DNA from: a virus
Taxonomy: Duplodnaviria > Caudoviricetes
Length of the DNA: 64,000 nt
Virus record (IMG/VR): IMGVR_UViG_3300028888_001547
Location: 32,001-96,000 of that record
Reading direction: 5' to 3' (one strand)
The notes beneath the pieces were generated by a model, which saw nothing but the letters and a program-made list of their open reading frames with translations, ran no database searches and was not told where the DNA came from. Numbering within the stretch: position 1 is the stretch's first letter; every line of letters starts with the position of its first letter. Shown piece by piece: positions 26,341 to 37,539 of the stretch. The position numbers were made by a program, and so were the translations under genes.

Positions 26341-27390
26341 TTAAGCAACAAAAGCGTCGAGAATATCCTTCAGGTCACCGAGCTGACCGGTGATTCCGTA
26401 TACCTCGAGAGTCTGCTTTGTCTTACGCTGGATGTCATCAGCAGCGCGGTACATGTTCTCAAACTCGAGAGTAAGAGCATCGTACTGTGCACTGAGATCG
26501 GTCTCCATAGCGGGCTTGATGATGGGCCAAGTGCCCTCGCCACGGTTCAGGATACCCAGGTAACCCATAGCCCAAGACTCGCGGTCACGAACCAGTTTAG
26601 CTGAAGCAGGATACTGCTTGCCGGGAACCTTATTGATAGTTACGCCTTTTGGGAAATGCTTGTTCAGTGACTCCCATCCGTCTGCAGCAGGATCGGTGTA
26701 ATAAACATTAGCATTGAAACGAACTTTGTTAGCAGGGCTGATTGAATCTACGCTGTCGTCATCGTCATAAGGCATAGCGGTCAGAATAACCTTGTTTGCA
26801 ACAGAAGTATCGGCAGATACACGAGCGCGCTTCCACTCTTTGTTAATAATGCTACCAATATTAGCAGCAATAGTAGCAGGAGTATCGCCAACTTCAGTTA
26901 CATACTCGTAAGATTCTGTCCACTTGCGATAACGGTGAGGCATGTCCTTAAACGTCAGACGAACGACGATGCGCTTTCCACCATCAGCAAGCTTGTTCAG
27001 GAGCAGTACATCGAGATTAGTGAAGTCAATAGTAACCTCATCTTCAGTGTCTGCAGCATAAGTCAGAGCGTTAAAGCTCTTAATATCAGCAGCCTTAATC
27101 TCGTTAGACCACTTAATAATCGGCTGGAAAACAGTGCTGCCGTCAGGACGATGGAGAGCCATGTTCTTCTTGGTTACGATACCAACCTTAATGGTGTTGA
27201 TATTGCCTGCGTTAGCAGCAGTAACCTCGTACAGCTTGTTCTGAGCAACGTCAGGATCGCAGTTCATAATAATAAACTTGCCAGCGTCGGCAGAAGCAGT
27301 GTTCAAAGCGGCTGCGAATGCAGGAGCGGCATCAAGTACGGCACCAGTAGTAAGATTGCTAACAAGTACAGTGTTTACGTAATTTACCAT
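26341..27390 (-). CDS. Abundant structural protein, probably auxiliary capsid protein
   Basis: Intact 349-aa ORF, MCP-like biased codon usage, no TAG, typical position after the ring genes. Confidence 0.6.
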   Translation of the reverse strand: MVNYVNTVLVSNLTTGAVLDAAPAFAAALNTASADAGKFIIMNCDPDVAQNKLYEVTAANAGNINTIKVGIVTKKNMALHRPDGSTVFQPIIKWSNEIKAADIKSFNALTYAADTEDEVTIDFTNLDVLLLNKLADGGKRIVVRLTFKDMPHRYRKWTESYEYVTEVGDTPATIAANIGSIINKEWKRARVSADTSVANKVILTAMPYDDDDSVDSISPANKVRFNANVYYTDPAADGWESLNKHFPKGVTINKVPGKQYPASAKLVRDRESWAMGYLGILNRGEGTWPIIKPAMETDLSAQYDALTLEFENMYRAADDIQRKTKQTLEVYGITGQLGDLKDILDAFVA

Positions 27391-27465
27391 AATTTAAATT
27401 AATTTTTTCTACTCCCCCTATATTTCAATGTCTAGACCTAACTAGCTGGGGTTTCCACGTTAAAA

Positions 27466-28158
27466 TTATTCTTGAGTATTTACTTCATTTACAATAGTAC
27501 GGTATCTTGGGTCTGCTTGATTTTCTATATACATCTAAGCAGCCATTTTGATAATCTCGTACATCGTATGATCATCGAAATCCGTGTACTCATTTCGCGG
27601 ATTATCGAGTGTTAATTCAGTAGGCTTCTTTAAGTAGCCTAAAGTATAGGATGAAATTGTATAATTCCCATCAGTAAGTAGATCACATCCACCTTCTTTT
27701 CTAATCCTAATAGGTCTTGCTTTATGATATTTGTAGTGAAAATCAGTAAGACTGTTATTTATTCTATACATGAAGCTATCCCTGGTACACTCGAATACAC
27801 AAGTGTTCATAGGGTGTCCTCCTTCTATAGAATCAATCACCACATCCTCATTAAGAGCATAAAGAAAATCGCTAGGATAAGAAACAGAAAATCTAACGAA
27901 GCTTGGATTTTCACCCTGTTCTTGTTGTAGGTCGTTCCAAGTTTGTTCTTTGAAAAGTTTGATAAGATCTTCCCTACGTTTTTCAGTTTGTTCATAGCCT
28001 GTCTTATGTATGAAGTCGCCATTGGTTCTAAGCTTAATAAACTTAGCAATGGACTAGTTTAACCAAAACAAAGAATCTTCAGTAGCAGGCTTATTTGCAG
28101 CATCATCAAGCTTATTTATTTCACGCTCAAAGTTCGCGATTACTTCAATATTTGTCAT
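27466..28158 (-). CDS. Tail ring protein paralog (~230 aa)
   Basis: ATG 28158; FWLNQ(TAG)...YEQTEKRREDL...YLKKP; TAA at 27466. Confidence 0.7.
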
Positions 28159-28850
28159 TCTTCAGCCTCCTATTTCTTTGGTTGTTGTTTTGGTTGTGTA
28201 GCGGTAAGGTGCCTTATATACAAATCAGTTGCACCTGCGACAAGATCATTAAAACATTCCATTGGTAATTCACACGCAGTATCAGTAAGTATACTAAATT
28301 CCGCTGGTAGTTTTATATATGTAATATCTACATTATTTATTGTAGTATATTCATCATGGATTATTTTTATTTTACCTTGCTCAAGTACTGCAACAGGATT
28401 TCTAAGTATCCTATGCTGATCGTACGCTTGATTAATTATGGAGTTTGCCTCAGGTTGCTTAACCAATACGTTTGACACTTTAGCGCTCAATACTGGGTTT
28501 TTATAATTACCAGTAATACTAGAGACAGAACGTACATATGCATAGTAGTTATTAGGTAGTGTAAATACTGTGTTCCTAACATCTGCTGAGCCGTCTGACG
28601 CGCCATTTAGAAGCGTCTCGTGTGTTGTTAAGGTGCGTAAAAGATCTTCGATTAGAACGGCTGTACGTGAGCCAGAAGCCACGTTGTCATTCTATCTATA
28701 TAATTCATCTATATACTGTTTCTGAAATTGATTAAGAAACGCATATATATCTTCAGTATCAATCTTATTTTCAAGTTTAAACGTAGGCAGAATGGTTTGA
28801 AGCCTGCGCTCAACTTCTATACCAAGTTGTCTTGTTTCTTGTAATGTCAT
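28155..28850 (-). CDS. Tail ring protein paralog (~231 aa)
   Basis: ATG 28850; DIYAFLNQ...LPNNYYAYVRS...YIKLP; TGA at 28155. Confidence 0.7.
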
Positions 28851-29506
28851 GCTTCAAGTCCTCTTGTTTGTACCTTAGCAGTAAGTCTAGTAGACTCTAC
28901 ATTTTCGAGAGCAAATATTACTGCAAGGGAGATTAATTCTTCTGCCATTGTATCATTCAACTCAAACGTACCATTAAACTCGTCTGTAAACTTAGATGGC
29001 TCTTTTACATAAGTAATCTGTAATTCCCCAGGAGTCGCATCATAATAATTATCATATAGTACAATAAGCGTATTGTTTTCTATATAACCAACAGCATCCT
29101 TTATCCAAGGACGGTTGACACGTGTTTGTTTAAACTTCTTCGCGATTTCATGGTTGACAAGATCTACTATAGCGTCTTTACCAGACAACTTTACAACACT
29201 TGTTACATAATACAAGAAATCTGAAGGTAAGCTATATTGCATCGAATTATCAGCGAATCCTGATTGCGGGTTTGTATTCTAAGTAGATGTGACAACAAGG
29301 GGTTGTATGTCCGATATAGCTTTTGTATCTGCTTCAAACGGAGCTCTCCTCTAGTTGTTGCCAGTAACCTTCTGTGCTATCAAGGCAAGATAGGCTTTAT
29401 TAAGAATTGTAGCAATTTCGTAATTTGTAAGCGACGGATATGACGAAGTAACGTTGGCTTTGTCATATTCAATCATGAATTTTATTTTAATATCGTTGTG
29501 CGCCAT
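28847..29506 (-). CDS. Tail ring protein paralog (~219 aa)
   Basis: ATG 29506; YDK...EIATILNKA...LPSDFLYYV...YVKEP. Confidence 0.7.
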
Positions 29507-29529
29507 ATCTCGTTGTATTGATCGTTAGA

Positions 29530-30282
29530 TCACTTATTTTCTACTTCGTTGATAATAGAAAGCCTCAAATCTTGGTTCTTCTTGTTGTCAAGATATGCGA
29601 TAGCGTCAACAAGCGAATCAGCAAACATATCTGTACCATAGAAGTAATGTGTCTTATCTTTACGAATAACACCCTTTGCAATAGCATTCTCAAGAAGGAA
29701 CTCTGTCTCTTTAGATTTGTTATTTACCCACTTATCAAAGAACTTCTTAGGATTCTTATCAACTTGATTAAACAGAGTAGACTCAACAAGTTCATTAGAC
29801 ATACGATCTGCACTCATACCAAACAGTCTGAGACACTGACGCATCTGCTCAAGCGACAACTTATCGAATTCCTTAATAGCATCACGACGCATCTTATTCT
29901 GCTTATTCTGCTCAATTGCCTCAGCCTCACGGTTGATCAACAGATAGTCTTTACCAGCATCAAGCTTATCAAGCGACGTAGCGACACGTTTGTGACCGCT
30001 AAGGAACTTAATAATCATAGCCTGACGAGGAATAGAATCGTCGAGAATAAGTGTACGTGTACCAATCTTTACTGAGAATGTAGTCCAAAAGTCAGACGTC
30101 TTAGAGAGATGTCCATCTTCATAACCAAGAGCTTTCTCAAAATACTTCTCATCTTCTGGGGTGAGACCCGTATATATCGACCCGGAACGTGTATAATATG
30201 GGGCAATGTAATCAAAACAATTCTTATACTTTACCAGCCCAATCCAGGGATTCTTCTTTTTAATCTTAAGTTCAACTACCAT
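29530..30282 (-). CDS. Conserved crAss structural-module protein downstream of MCP
   Basis: Intact 250-aa ORF with a YTGLTPEDE motif; conserved position. Confidence 0.7.
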   Translation of the reverse strand: MVVELKIKKKNPWIGLVKYKNCFDYIAPYYTRSGSIYTGLTPEDEKYFEKALGYEDGHLSKTSDFWTTFSVKIGTRTLILDDSIPRQAMIIKFLSGHKRVATSLDKLDAGKDYLLINREAEAIEQNKQNKMRRDAIKEFDKLSLEQMRQCLRLFGMSADRMSNELVESTLFNQVDKNPKKFFDKWVNNKSKETEFLLENAIAKGVIRKDKTHYFYGTDMFADSLVDAIAYLDNKKNQDLRLSIINEVENK

Positions 30283-30305
30283 AATTTACATTAGTATGTT
30301 GAGTA

Positions 30306-30335
30306 TCGAACAGGGGGTCTTTCGACCCCCGTCGA
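30306..30335 (-). terminator. Strong hairpin after MCP (terminator or stabiliser)
   Basis: GGGGGTC-GAAA-GACCCCC stem with flanking TCGA; no long U-tract. Confidence 0.55.
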
Positions 30336-30359
30336 ATACTTATATTTTTGATATGTGCA

Positions 30360-31874
30360 TTAAATACCGCTATTAGCGATCTCAGTATCCTCTGCATCGC
30401 AGTACAGAATACCACAAGACAGCGGGTTACGTACGATGATACCAACCTCACCAAGGAAGTGAACCTGATAACCATCACGGCTATTAGAACGGAGTGTGTT
30501 AATGCTATTTGCGTAGCCATTAGGAGCTACAGAACCGCCAGTATACCACTGAACGAATTCACGACCCTTACGACAAACCTTAACGATGTTAGACTGACCG
30601 TCGAAGTTGCTAATGTTAACAAACAGGAACGTGTAAGACATCAGAGGCTTACCAGTCAGCGGGTGAAGCTGACGGAACATTTCCATATTGTCGAACATAG
30701 GACAACGCTTCAGAGACAGCGTAATACCATTAGTCATGTTGTAAGTAGTGAACTGACCACCGAGAGTCAGATTCTGACCACTACCAGTAACGAATACATT
30801 ATCGCACAGGTTGAAGCTAGCAACCTTCTCCTTCAGGATACGATCGAACTCACGAATACCCATCTCACCGGTCAGAGCAACGAACTTACGCTCGTTAGTA
30901 CCGAGGATGTTGTAGCAGAGGTCGAACAGATAATCCTCAAACAGCTCAGCTGTCAGCTTGGTGTAGTAACGAATGTTAGCCGGGCTAATCTGCTCGAACA
31001 GACCAGACATCGTGGGAACGGGACGACCGTTGGTACCCTTATTGATGTAAGTACCATCACTCAGACGGTTGCTCTTAGAGAAGAGCAGAGCGGTTTCCTC
31101 ACGCTTCTTCCACTCACGCAGAGCCTTCCAGTACTGATAGTCAGACCACAGATAAGACTTCTTACCAGTCTCAGGATCAGTCAGAGCGATAGCAAGTACG
31201 GTGCTGTAAGCATCACCAGTGATATCGTAGGTCAGACGGAGATTCTGCAGATGGTTGCGCATCTTAAACGGAGTCTGATAGTTGATGATATCAGCCTCGT
31301 CGCTGTACTCCTCGTAAGCAGAACCGATACGGCTTACCTGACGACCAGGAAGCAGGAGCTCACCAGGAATATAAGCGGCCTGTGAACCGTCAATTACATA
31401 ACACTCGTATACCCAGGTGCTACCATCCTGATAAGGAAGACCAGTAGTACGAACCTGGAAGTGGAAATCGTCGAAGCTAAGAACGGCACCAGGACCGAAC
31501 CAACGCTCCTCCAAACCGAGGTAGATAGGAGTGTTGCCAAGACCAGGAGTCATGGTGTTCTGGTTATAGTTAGCCAGAGATACCTCCTGACCATTCCACT
31601 TAGCAAAACGAATATTAACAGCGTGATCGCTGTCAATCTGTACGGCCCACTCTACTTCGCGATTCTCAACAATCATGGTCTTACCCAGACCACCTGTGAG
31701 CAGATCGATAGTCGTAGAAATACCGTCATCTTTGGTACCAAATACCAGTGAAAGCAGACCAGAGATCTCATGAGGCTTGGTCAGCAATGCGTTTGAAATC
31801 ATGTTCTCATCAACCAAATCGCTGAAACGCTTTCCGCGATAAAGCTGAAGATTGTTAAGTAAAGTATTATTCAT
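30360..31874 (-). CDS. Major capsid protein
   Basis: 504 aa; crAss-type MCP motifs (EEYS, GLFEQI, TGEMG...FD, HPLTGKPLMSY); strong codon bias. Confidence 0.9.
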   Translation of the reverse strand: MNNTLLNNLQLYRGKRFSDLVDENMISNALLTKPHEISGLLSLVFGTKDDGISTTIDLLTGGLGKTMIVENREVEWAVQIDSDHAVNIRFAKWNGQEVSLANYNQNTMTPGLGNTPIYLGLEERWFGPGAVLSFDDFHFQVRTTGLPYQDGSTWVYECYVIDGSQAAYIPGELLLPGRQVSRIGSAYEEYSDEADIINYQTPFKMRNHLQNLRLTYDITGDAYSTVLAIALTDPETGKKSYLWSDYQYWKALREWKKREETALLFSKSNRLSDGTYINKGTNGRPVPTMSGLFEQISPANIRYYTKLTAELFEDYLFDLCYNILGTNERKFVALTGEMGIREFDRILKEKVASFNLCDNVFVTGSGQNLTLGGQFTTYNMTNGITLSLKRCPMFDNMEMFRQLHPLTGKPLMSYTFLFVNISNFDGQSNIVKVCRKGREFVQWYTGGSVAPNGYANSINTLRSNSRDGYQVHFLGEVGIIVRNPLSCGILYCDAEDTEIANSGI

Positions 31875-31895
31875 ATATATTTATAATTGTGTGCA

Positions 31896-33065
31896 TCAGA
31901 ACATACCACCTATAAGGTCTGTTACTGATTTTGTTTTATCATCGGCATTATAAGTGCTATGATTCTTTGCACTATGCCTTAACATTTTCCTAAGTTTATC
32001 AGCAGCGGATGTCTCTCCGGTATTCTTTGCACTAGAAATTAAAGAATCAGCTTTCATTGTGAAGTATGCAGATTCGATCAGATTCTTTGAAGGATTTTTA
32101 TTGAAGTCTTTTGTATATTGTGACTGTCCATTCTGATCTACCTTGAAGATATAATCTAACAAAGTTTTGCGGTCTTCTTTAGGAATTGCAATACCGCGAA
32201 TATTAGTAAGTTCATTAATACTCTTAGTTACTTCATTAAAGAACTGTCTTGATTGTTCTTCTTGCTGTTTTGCAAGCTCCTCTTGCTGACGCTAAGCTTC
32301 TTCTACTTCTTTTTTGCGAAGTTCTTTAAGTCTATCCAAAGCATCCTCAGATTCCTCATACAACATATCACTATCCTCGTAACGTGTTATCTTCTTGTTT
32401 ATTTGTTCGTCAGTATAGCCATTGCGTTGCATGAGTTCACGTACAACTGCCTTTTGATTATTCTCATCTTCGAGATCAATGTTATCAAGAGTAATAGCCT
32501 CTTGCTGTCTACGATAGAAATCCTCAAACTTTCCTCCATTCTTTACGTACTCGTCGAGCGCCTGTATACGATCGTCCGCGTACTCAGGCTTGGAGTTCTC
32601 AGTAACAACAGCTTTCATATAATCTGTCAACTGATCTACTGTAAGAGGTCTATCTTTCTCATCGATCTCATCCATATTCCACCCAAGTGACTGTCCGAGA
32701 GCATCGAAGAAGAGGCCAACTTGTTCGGCCTCGATTACATCAGCTTCTGTAGGATCTTCATTATCTTCAGGATCCTCTACAGGAGGCTCTGCAGGAGGTG
32801 TGGGTGGTTCTTGGTTGTTGTTCACGGGAGGGACCGGAGTATCGTCCACGTGTGCATTTGGATCCTTTTCGTTTGGATCCGGTTCATTGCCGTCCTCAGG
32901 ATTTTTCACTGGCGGCTCATCAAGTATCTTATCATCATCGACATCATCTGTAAACGGGTTAATATCGTCGAGGTTTGTTACGCCTCCGCCTTCTTCGGCG
33001 TTTGTATAGATATTACCAAGTAAGTTATCAAATTCTGTCGGAATTGTATTCTTTTTCTTTGCCAT
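31896..33065 (-). CDS. Acidic scaffold-like protein upstream of MCP (~389 aa)
   Basis: ORFs 32292 and 31896 are joined by a single TAG; acidic/Pro-rich N-terminus; conserved position. Confidence 0.7.
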
Positions 33066-33108
33066 ATTATAATATGTAAGTTAATTTTTTACAGTTTATT
33101 CTGTTATG

Positions 33109-34044
33109 TTAGTGTTTCCATTTACGAGCATTCAAAGCAAAGATTGCTCTCTTTCTCGTCAATGGGTTTTTGCTATGTGCTAATTCTTCTGTGGTTTTAC
33201 CAGTACGCTTCTTAGTAGCGTTAAACTTACCGCGGTTAGCAGGATTTATATGAATAGAAGATTTGCCGTCTTTATATTGTGGCATTGTTATCTACGGAAT
33301 TTGATATTCTGGCTCCCACTAAGAATCTTCTACCATCTATATTAAATCCGGAAAATTAATCCTGGGTTGTAACTTCAATATAGGTTTACCAGAGATATAT
33401 GGGCTTACTGTAGTATCATAAGCAGGAATAGTGTGTTCAGCTGGAATAACCTGACGTACTGCTGTAGATACAGGTTGGTTTACTATTGGAGTAGGTTGTA
33501 TAGTCTATACAGGTCTTAAGAACGGATCTGCTTTAAGGAGAGCTTGTTCTTCAAGTCTGCGCTTTCTTAAACCAGGATTTTTCTTATCGTGCATACCAGC
33601 ATCAACTTGTCTGATAGCTTCTTCATAATTACCAGCATTCCAAGCTTTCATAAACTTAGTAGTAGGTTTAAAACCTGATGGATAATTATAGTAGTATGAA
33701 CGTAATGCCGTTTTAGAACCTTCGCTAAGACTATCCCAGTTCTTCATTTTACTCAAGAACTTCTCCCTAGAAGCTACTTCTTGCTTAAGTCTACGGTCAG
33801 CTTCAGCTCTACTTATAGTACCTTTATCAACAAGAGAAGAATCAGTAAAACCATAGCCAATAGTAGGTATGCCATTACCATCCAAGTAAGTAGTATCCTT
33901 AAATCCTTCGTGCTTCTTTAAAAACTCCACGGTACTATCATACGAAGGTGTACCTTCAGCATATTTTGGAAGACCATTCTCATATGGCATCTTCCCTTCT
34001 TTGTAAAGTTTAAATCTTTGTCTAAATTCAGTTGGGTCTTGCAT
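33109..34044 (-). CDS. GH24 (T4-like) lysozyme with C-terminal basic domain (~311 aa), probably virion-associated
   Basis: HEGFKDTTYLDGNGIPTIGYG fits the E-x8-D-x5-T pattern. Four TAGs follow the catalytic domain. Ends IHINPANRGKF...RKRAIFALNARKWKH; TAA at 33109. Confidence 0.8.
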
Positions 34045-34204
34045 ACGTCAGTCCTCCGTCTATTCTATTGCTAAGTAGATTAGCAACGACGTTGGTCATG
34101 AAATCATCACCTCCGTCGTGCTAAACTAATCTTAGTATAAGTTTTAATAATTGATTGTTCTCTCTAGTAAGCTATAGAAGCTCTTGTTCTTCAGCATACG
34201 TCAT
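34028..34204 (-). CDS. Small hypothetical protein (58 aa)
   Basis: MTYAEEQELL(TAG)LTRENNQLL...DFMTNVVANL; fills the gap between its neighbours exactly. Confidence 0.55.
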
Positions 34205-34205
34205 G

Positions 34206-35051
34206 TCACATACCTTTTTTTGGTCCGATTTTTATGGGTTTAAAATAAGTATCGAGATTGTTGTACATTGTATATATATCACGGAAAGCGTCCTCATAAT
34301 TATATGAACGCTGTATATTTTTTGGCAATTCTTGATTTGCATCATAATTATCCGTAACATATTTCCAAAAAGCAGGTTCGATTATTTTATGCGCAGTATG
34401 TTCTAACGAGCCTGGTGTATCGTATCCGTCTTTATTGTTGATCACCATATCACCATTTGGACGGGAAAGAAACTATTTCATCCACTTCCAATTTCTTGGA
34501 GTATCTGTACCATAAACCTAATATGCATGCGATAATTCTGCGATAATATCTTCAGCAGCATACTCTGGATCTACATACATTGTATTAGTAATAGGTTTAT
34601 AATGCGCTCTGTTGTCACTATATTTTAATAAACCCGTTTTCTCTAACAAACGCAATGGTAACTAAGACATACGACTTATTGGCTTTATTGTCGGTTTGCC
34701 AGATTTATTATACAAATCCCACAACCTATTGACGTATGTACGCTAATCTAAAAGATAATCTTCAATAACATCAACATCCCCGGAATTTATACTTTCATAA
34801 AACGCGTTACGTAATTCTTTATTGGGAATCATGTATTTTGCTTTATATACAGCATTGTCTTTTGGAGGTCTTATTACTACTTCCGGAAGAACGCCTGCAT
34901 AATAATACGAGTCATTTAAGTCACTCGCAGGACCAGATTCTGCCCACCGCATATCGTCTTCAGTAAAATTTTTTTCAGATCCCCTTAACTTTAAAAGCCT
35001 GTTATATCTATCTCCGTCATCGATGCGTTTTAATCTCTCTATCCTATTCAT
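34206..35051 (-). CDS. Hypothetical protein with degenerate zincin-like motif (~281 aa)
   Basis: ORFs 34743 and 34206 are in frame via TAG; IIAELSHAY...PGSLEHTAH. Confidence 0.55.
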
Positions 35052-37537
35052 TTTTCTCCTGCTACTTTATTACGAATAGCAGCACGAGCTTTTACACGTT
35101 CACGTTCAAGAGCAGCATCATCTTTCTGTTTCTGCAACTCCATCTCGTGCTTCATACGCTACTTTTCGAGATCAATCTTCTTATCTTCTATCTCCTTCTT
35201 CTGACGAGCTTCATAACGCTTAGTATACTCGTCTGATGCAATCTTACGTTGCTGTGTAGCATCCTTAGCTATCTCCATAGGATCAGGTATACCATTATTA
35301 TTAGCATCCTTCTCTTCTGTACCACGATATGCACTAATCTCAGCTACTGCAATCTTAGTCTGATTATCAGCATCAATCTTGTAACGCTCAAGCTCCATCT
35401 TAGCTTCTTCAAGCATAAGCTCTTGCTCACGCTGTTCATTCTGCATCTGTTGCAGTTGTACAGCTTGCTGTTGTTCAGCTTCTTGCTGTTGCTGTACAGC
35501 TTGCTCTTGACGCTCCTGCATTTCCTTAAGCTTCTGCTTAATAATGTTGAAGTTATCGTTAGTAAGTACTTCAGCTGCTTCAAGTAAGCTAGCACCATTC
35601 TGCATAGCTGGCTGAATAAGCTGCTGTAACTTCTGGATATTCTCCATATCCTTAGAAGTATCACTTACAAATACATCCATATCCTCATAATAGAACTTCT
35701 CTGTAATATCAAGATATGCACGCTCGCCATTATCGAAGATATAGCTAAGCTTCTGTTTACCAGTCTGTCTCCATGCACCTTGTGCTGTGTTAAGCAACAT
35801 GTTTAAAGCGTGACGTTTACACTGATTGTGTGCCCAGAACAAAGGTTCTGTAATATGTGAAGACTGTACAACACTACGTTCTACATTACCTACAAGCTCA
35901 CTAGAACTAATAGCACCTTCACGTTGTTCTGTAATACCAGATATAGTACCTGCCAACTGTTCGATCTTGTCCATCAACTGAATATACTCAGCGATTACGT
36001 TCGACATAGTAAGATCGAGAGAAGTGATTTGATTAAACGTAGCAGGCTTTCCGCCTTCTCTTCCTGGTACATTCCAACCTTCTTCATAAGGATTAATAAA
36101 GTTTACACCAACACTAGACAAGTAGTGCATCCATCTGTCTGGAGTAATATTCATAGATTTAGGAATCTATGTAATATCCATATTTACTACTTTTCCTTTA
36201 TCTCTTGCTATAGCTAACTCTAGTCTGTACCAAAGCACTATATACATATACTGTAAAGGCTTAAGGATGCTAACCAAGGACCTAGGGCGACTATTGGTAT
36301 TAGAATAAACGCATCCGCAATAGGGAAGCTTCTGAGAATTTGGGTTATCGAGAGATACGTGCTGATATTCAAGAGGCTGAATGCCAAAGTATAAATCAGA
36401 ACCTGCACGATATCCTTCCCATACTTCTATAATCCAATCTGGTTCAACAGAGATTTCCATACCTGTTTTCTTGTAGGATTCGTCTGCTATTTCTACTTGT
36501 GCTTGACCAGCTTCATCAAAGTATGTGACATAATATATCTTTTTGAACGACTTCCAACAACAGTGCCATACATTGATAGTATATCTACCTTTCTGGTCAA
36601 ATATTGGATTGTCGTATATTCTCATACGGATACCACCACCAAAGTTATCAACAATATCTTTATCTCCCATATCGTTGACAGGTCTACCAGTAAGCATTTC
36701 GTTGAGCTTATTGAGATCCTTCTCTGTAAGTTTATCGTAATACCTATCATATATTTCAGCCATTGGCAAGCGCATCTTTCTGCAGCACCAAGAACCGTCT
36801 TCAATAAACTCAAGATCAGGACTGTGATCATATCCAAAGAACATTGGATTCACCCTCTCCATATAAGGCTCATCGTTCTGCACGCCCACGTAGTATATCT
36901 CGGTACCAGCGATAAGAGCATCTTTCCAACCTTTAATAAATTCATTGTCTAAGCTTAGTTTTTCTCTTAAGTATGTGAGAGTGTGATATGCAGTATTCTC
37001 TACAACGTCTTTATAATCTTTTGTCATATACTTAGCGATTGCTTCTGGTGGCATTACTTCACCATTCTAAAGCTGTTGCTAGAATTGTTCAGCTTCTTCT
37101 GGACTCATACGAGCTGTAATAGATGCCATTATATATTGCATAAGCATCTCTTTCTCCTTGTCCATAAGTTCCGATGCGGCTTCCTACGACGTTCTCACTA
37201 CCCTGAAGTTCATTGGCCTCTTTGTCTCTTCACCTATAAGGAGGTCTACCTTAGGCCTTATTATATTGAAATCTTGAGGAGTAGCGGGAAACCCGTCTTC
37301 TACTTTGAACGGGTTTGTGATTCGCTTGAAGTCTTTTTCATCAAATATAGAATTATAAAGGTTGTAGTAGGTCTATAATTCTCCGAAAGGTGTATCTGCT
37401 GTGACACCAGACGTAACATTTCCCTCGCCTATAATAAAGTCAACACAATCGTGCTGCCACTTTTCATCTTTTTTCTTTAACGGGAGTTTTTGCTAAGGAA
37501 ATGAGATGTTGTATAAATTATCTTCTACTCTAACCAT
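35048..37537 (-). CDS. Portal protein (~829 aa)
   Basis: ATG 37537; FNIIRPKVDLLIGEE and GITEQREG motifs; ORFs 36167 and 35159 in frame; TGA at 35048. Confidence 0.9.
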
Positions 37538-37539
37538 TG

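Noticed and set aside
30348-31385. 345-aa plus-strand ORF antisense to MCP, and similar shadows at 9782, 21574, 26935, 29518, 44705, 49358 and 51827
   Set aside because: They fully overlap convincing minus-strand genes, have no recognisable motifs, and are expected from codon bias.
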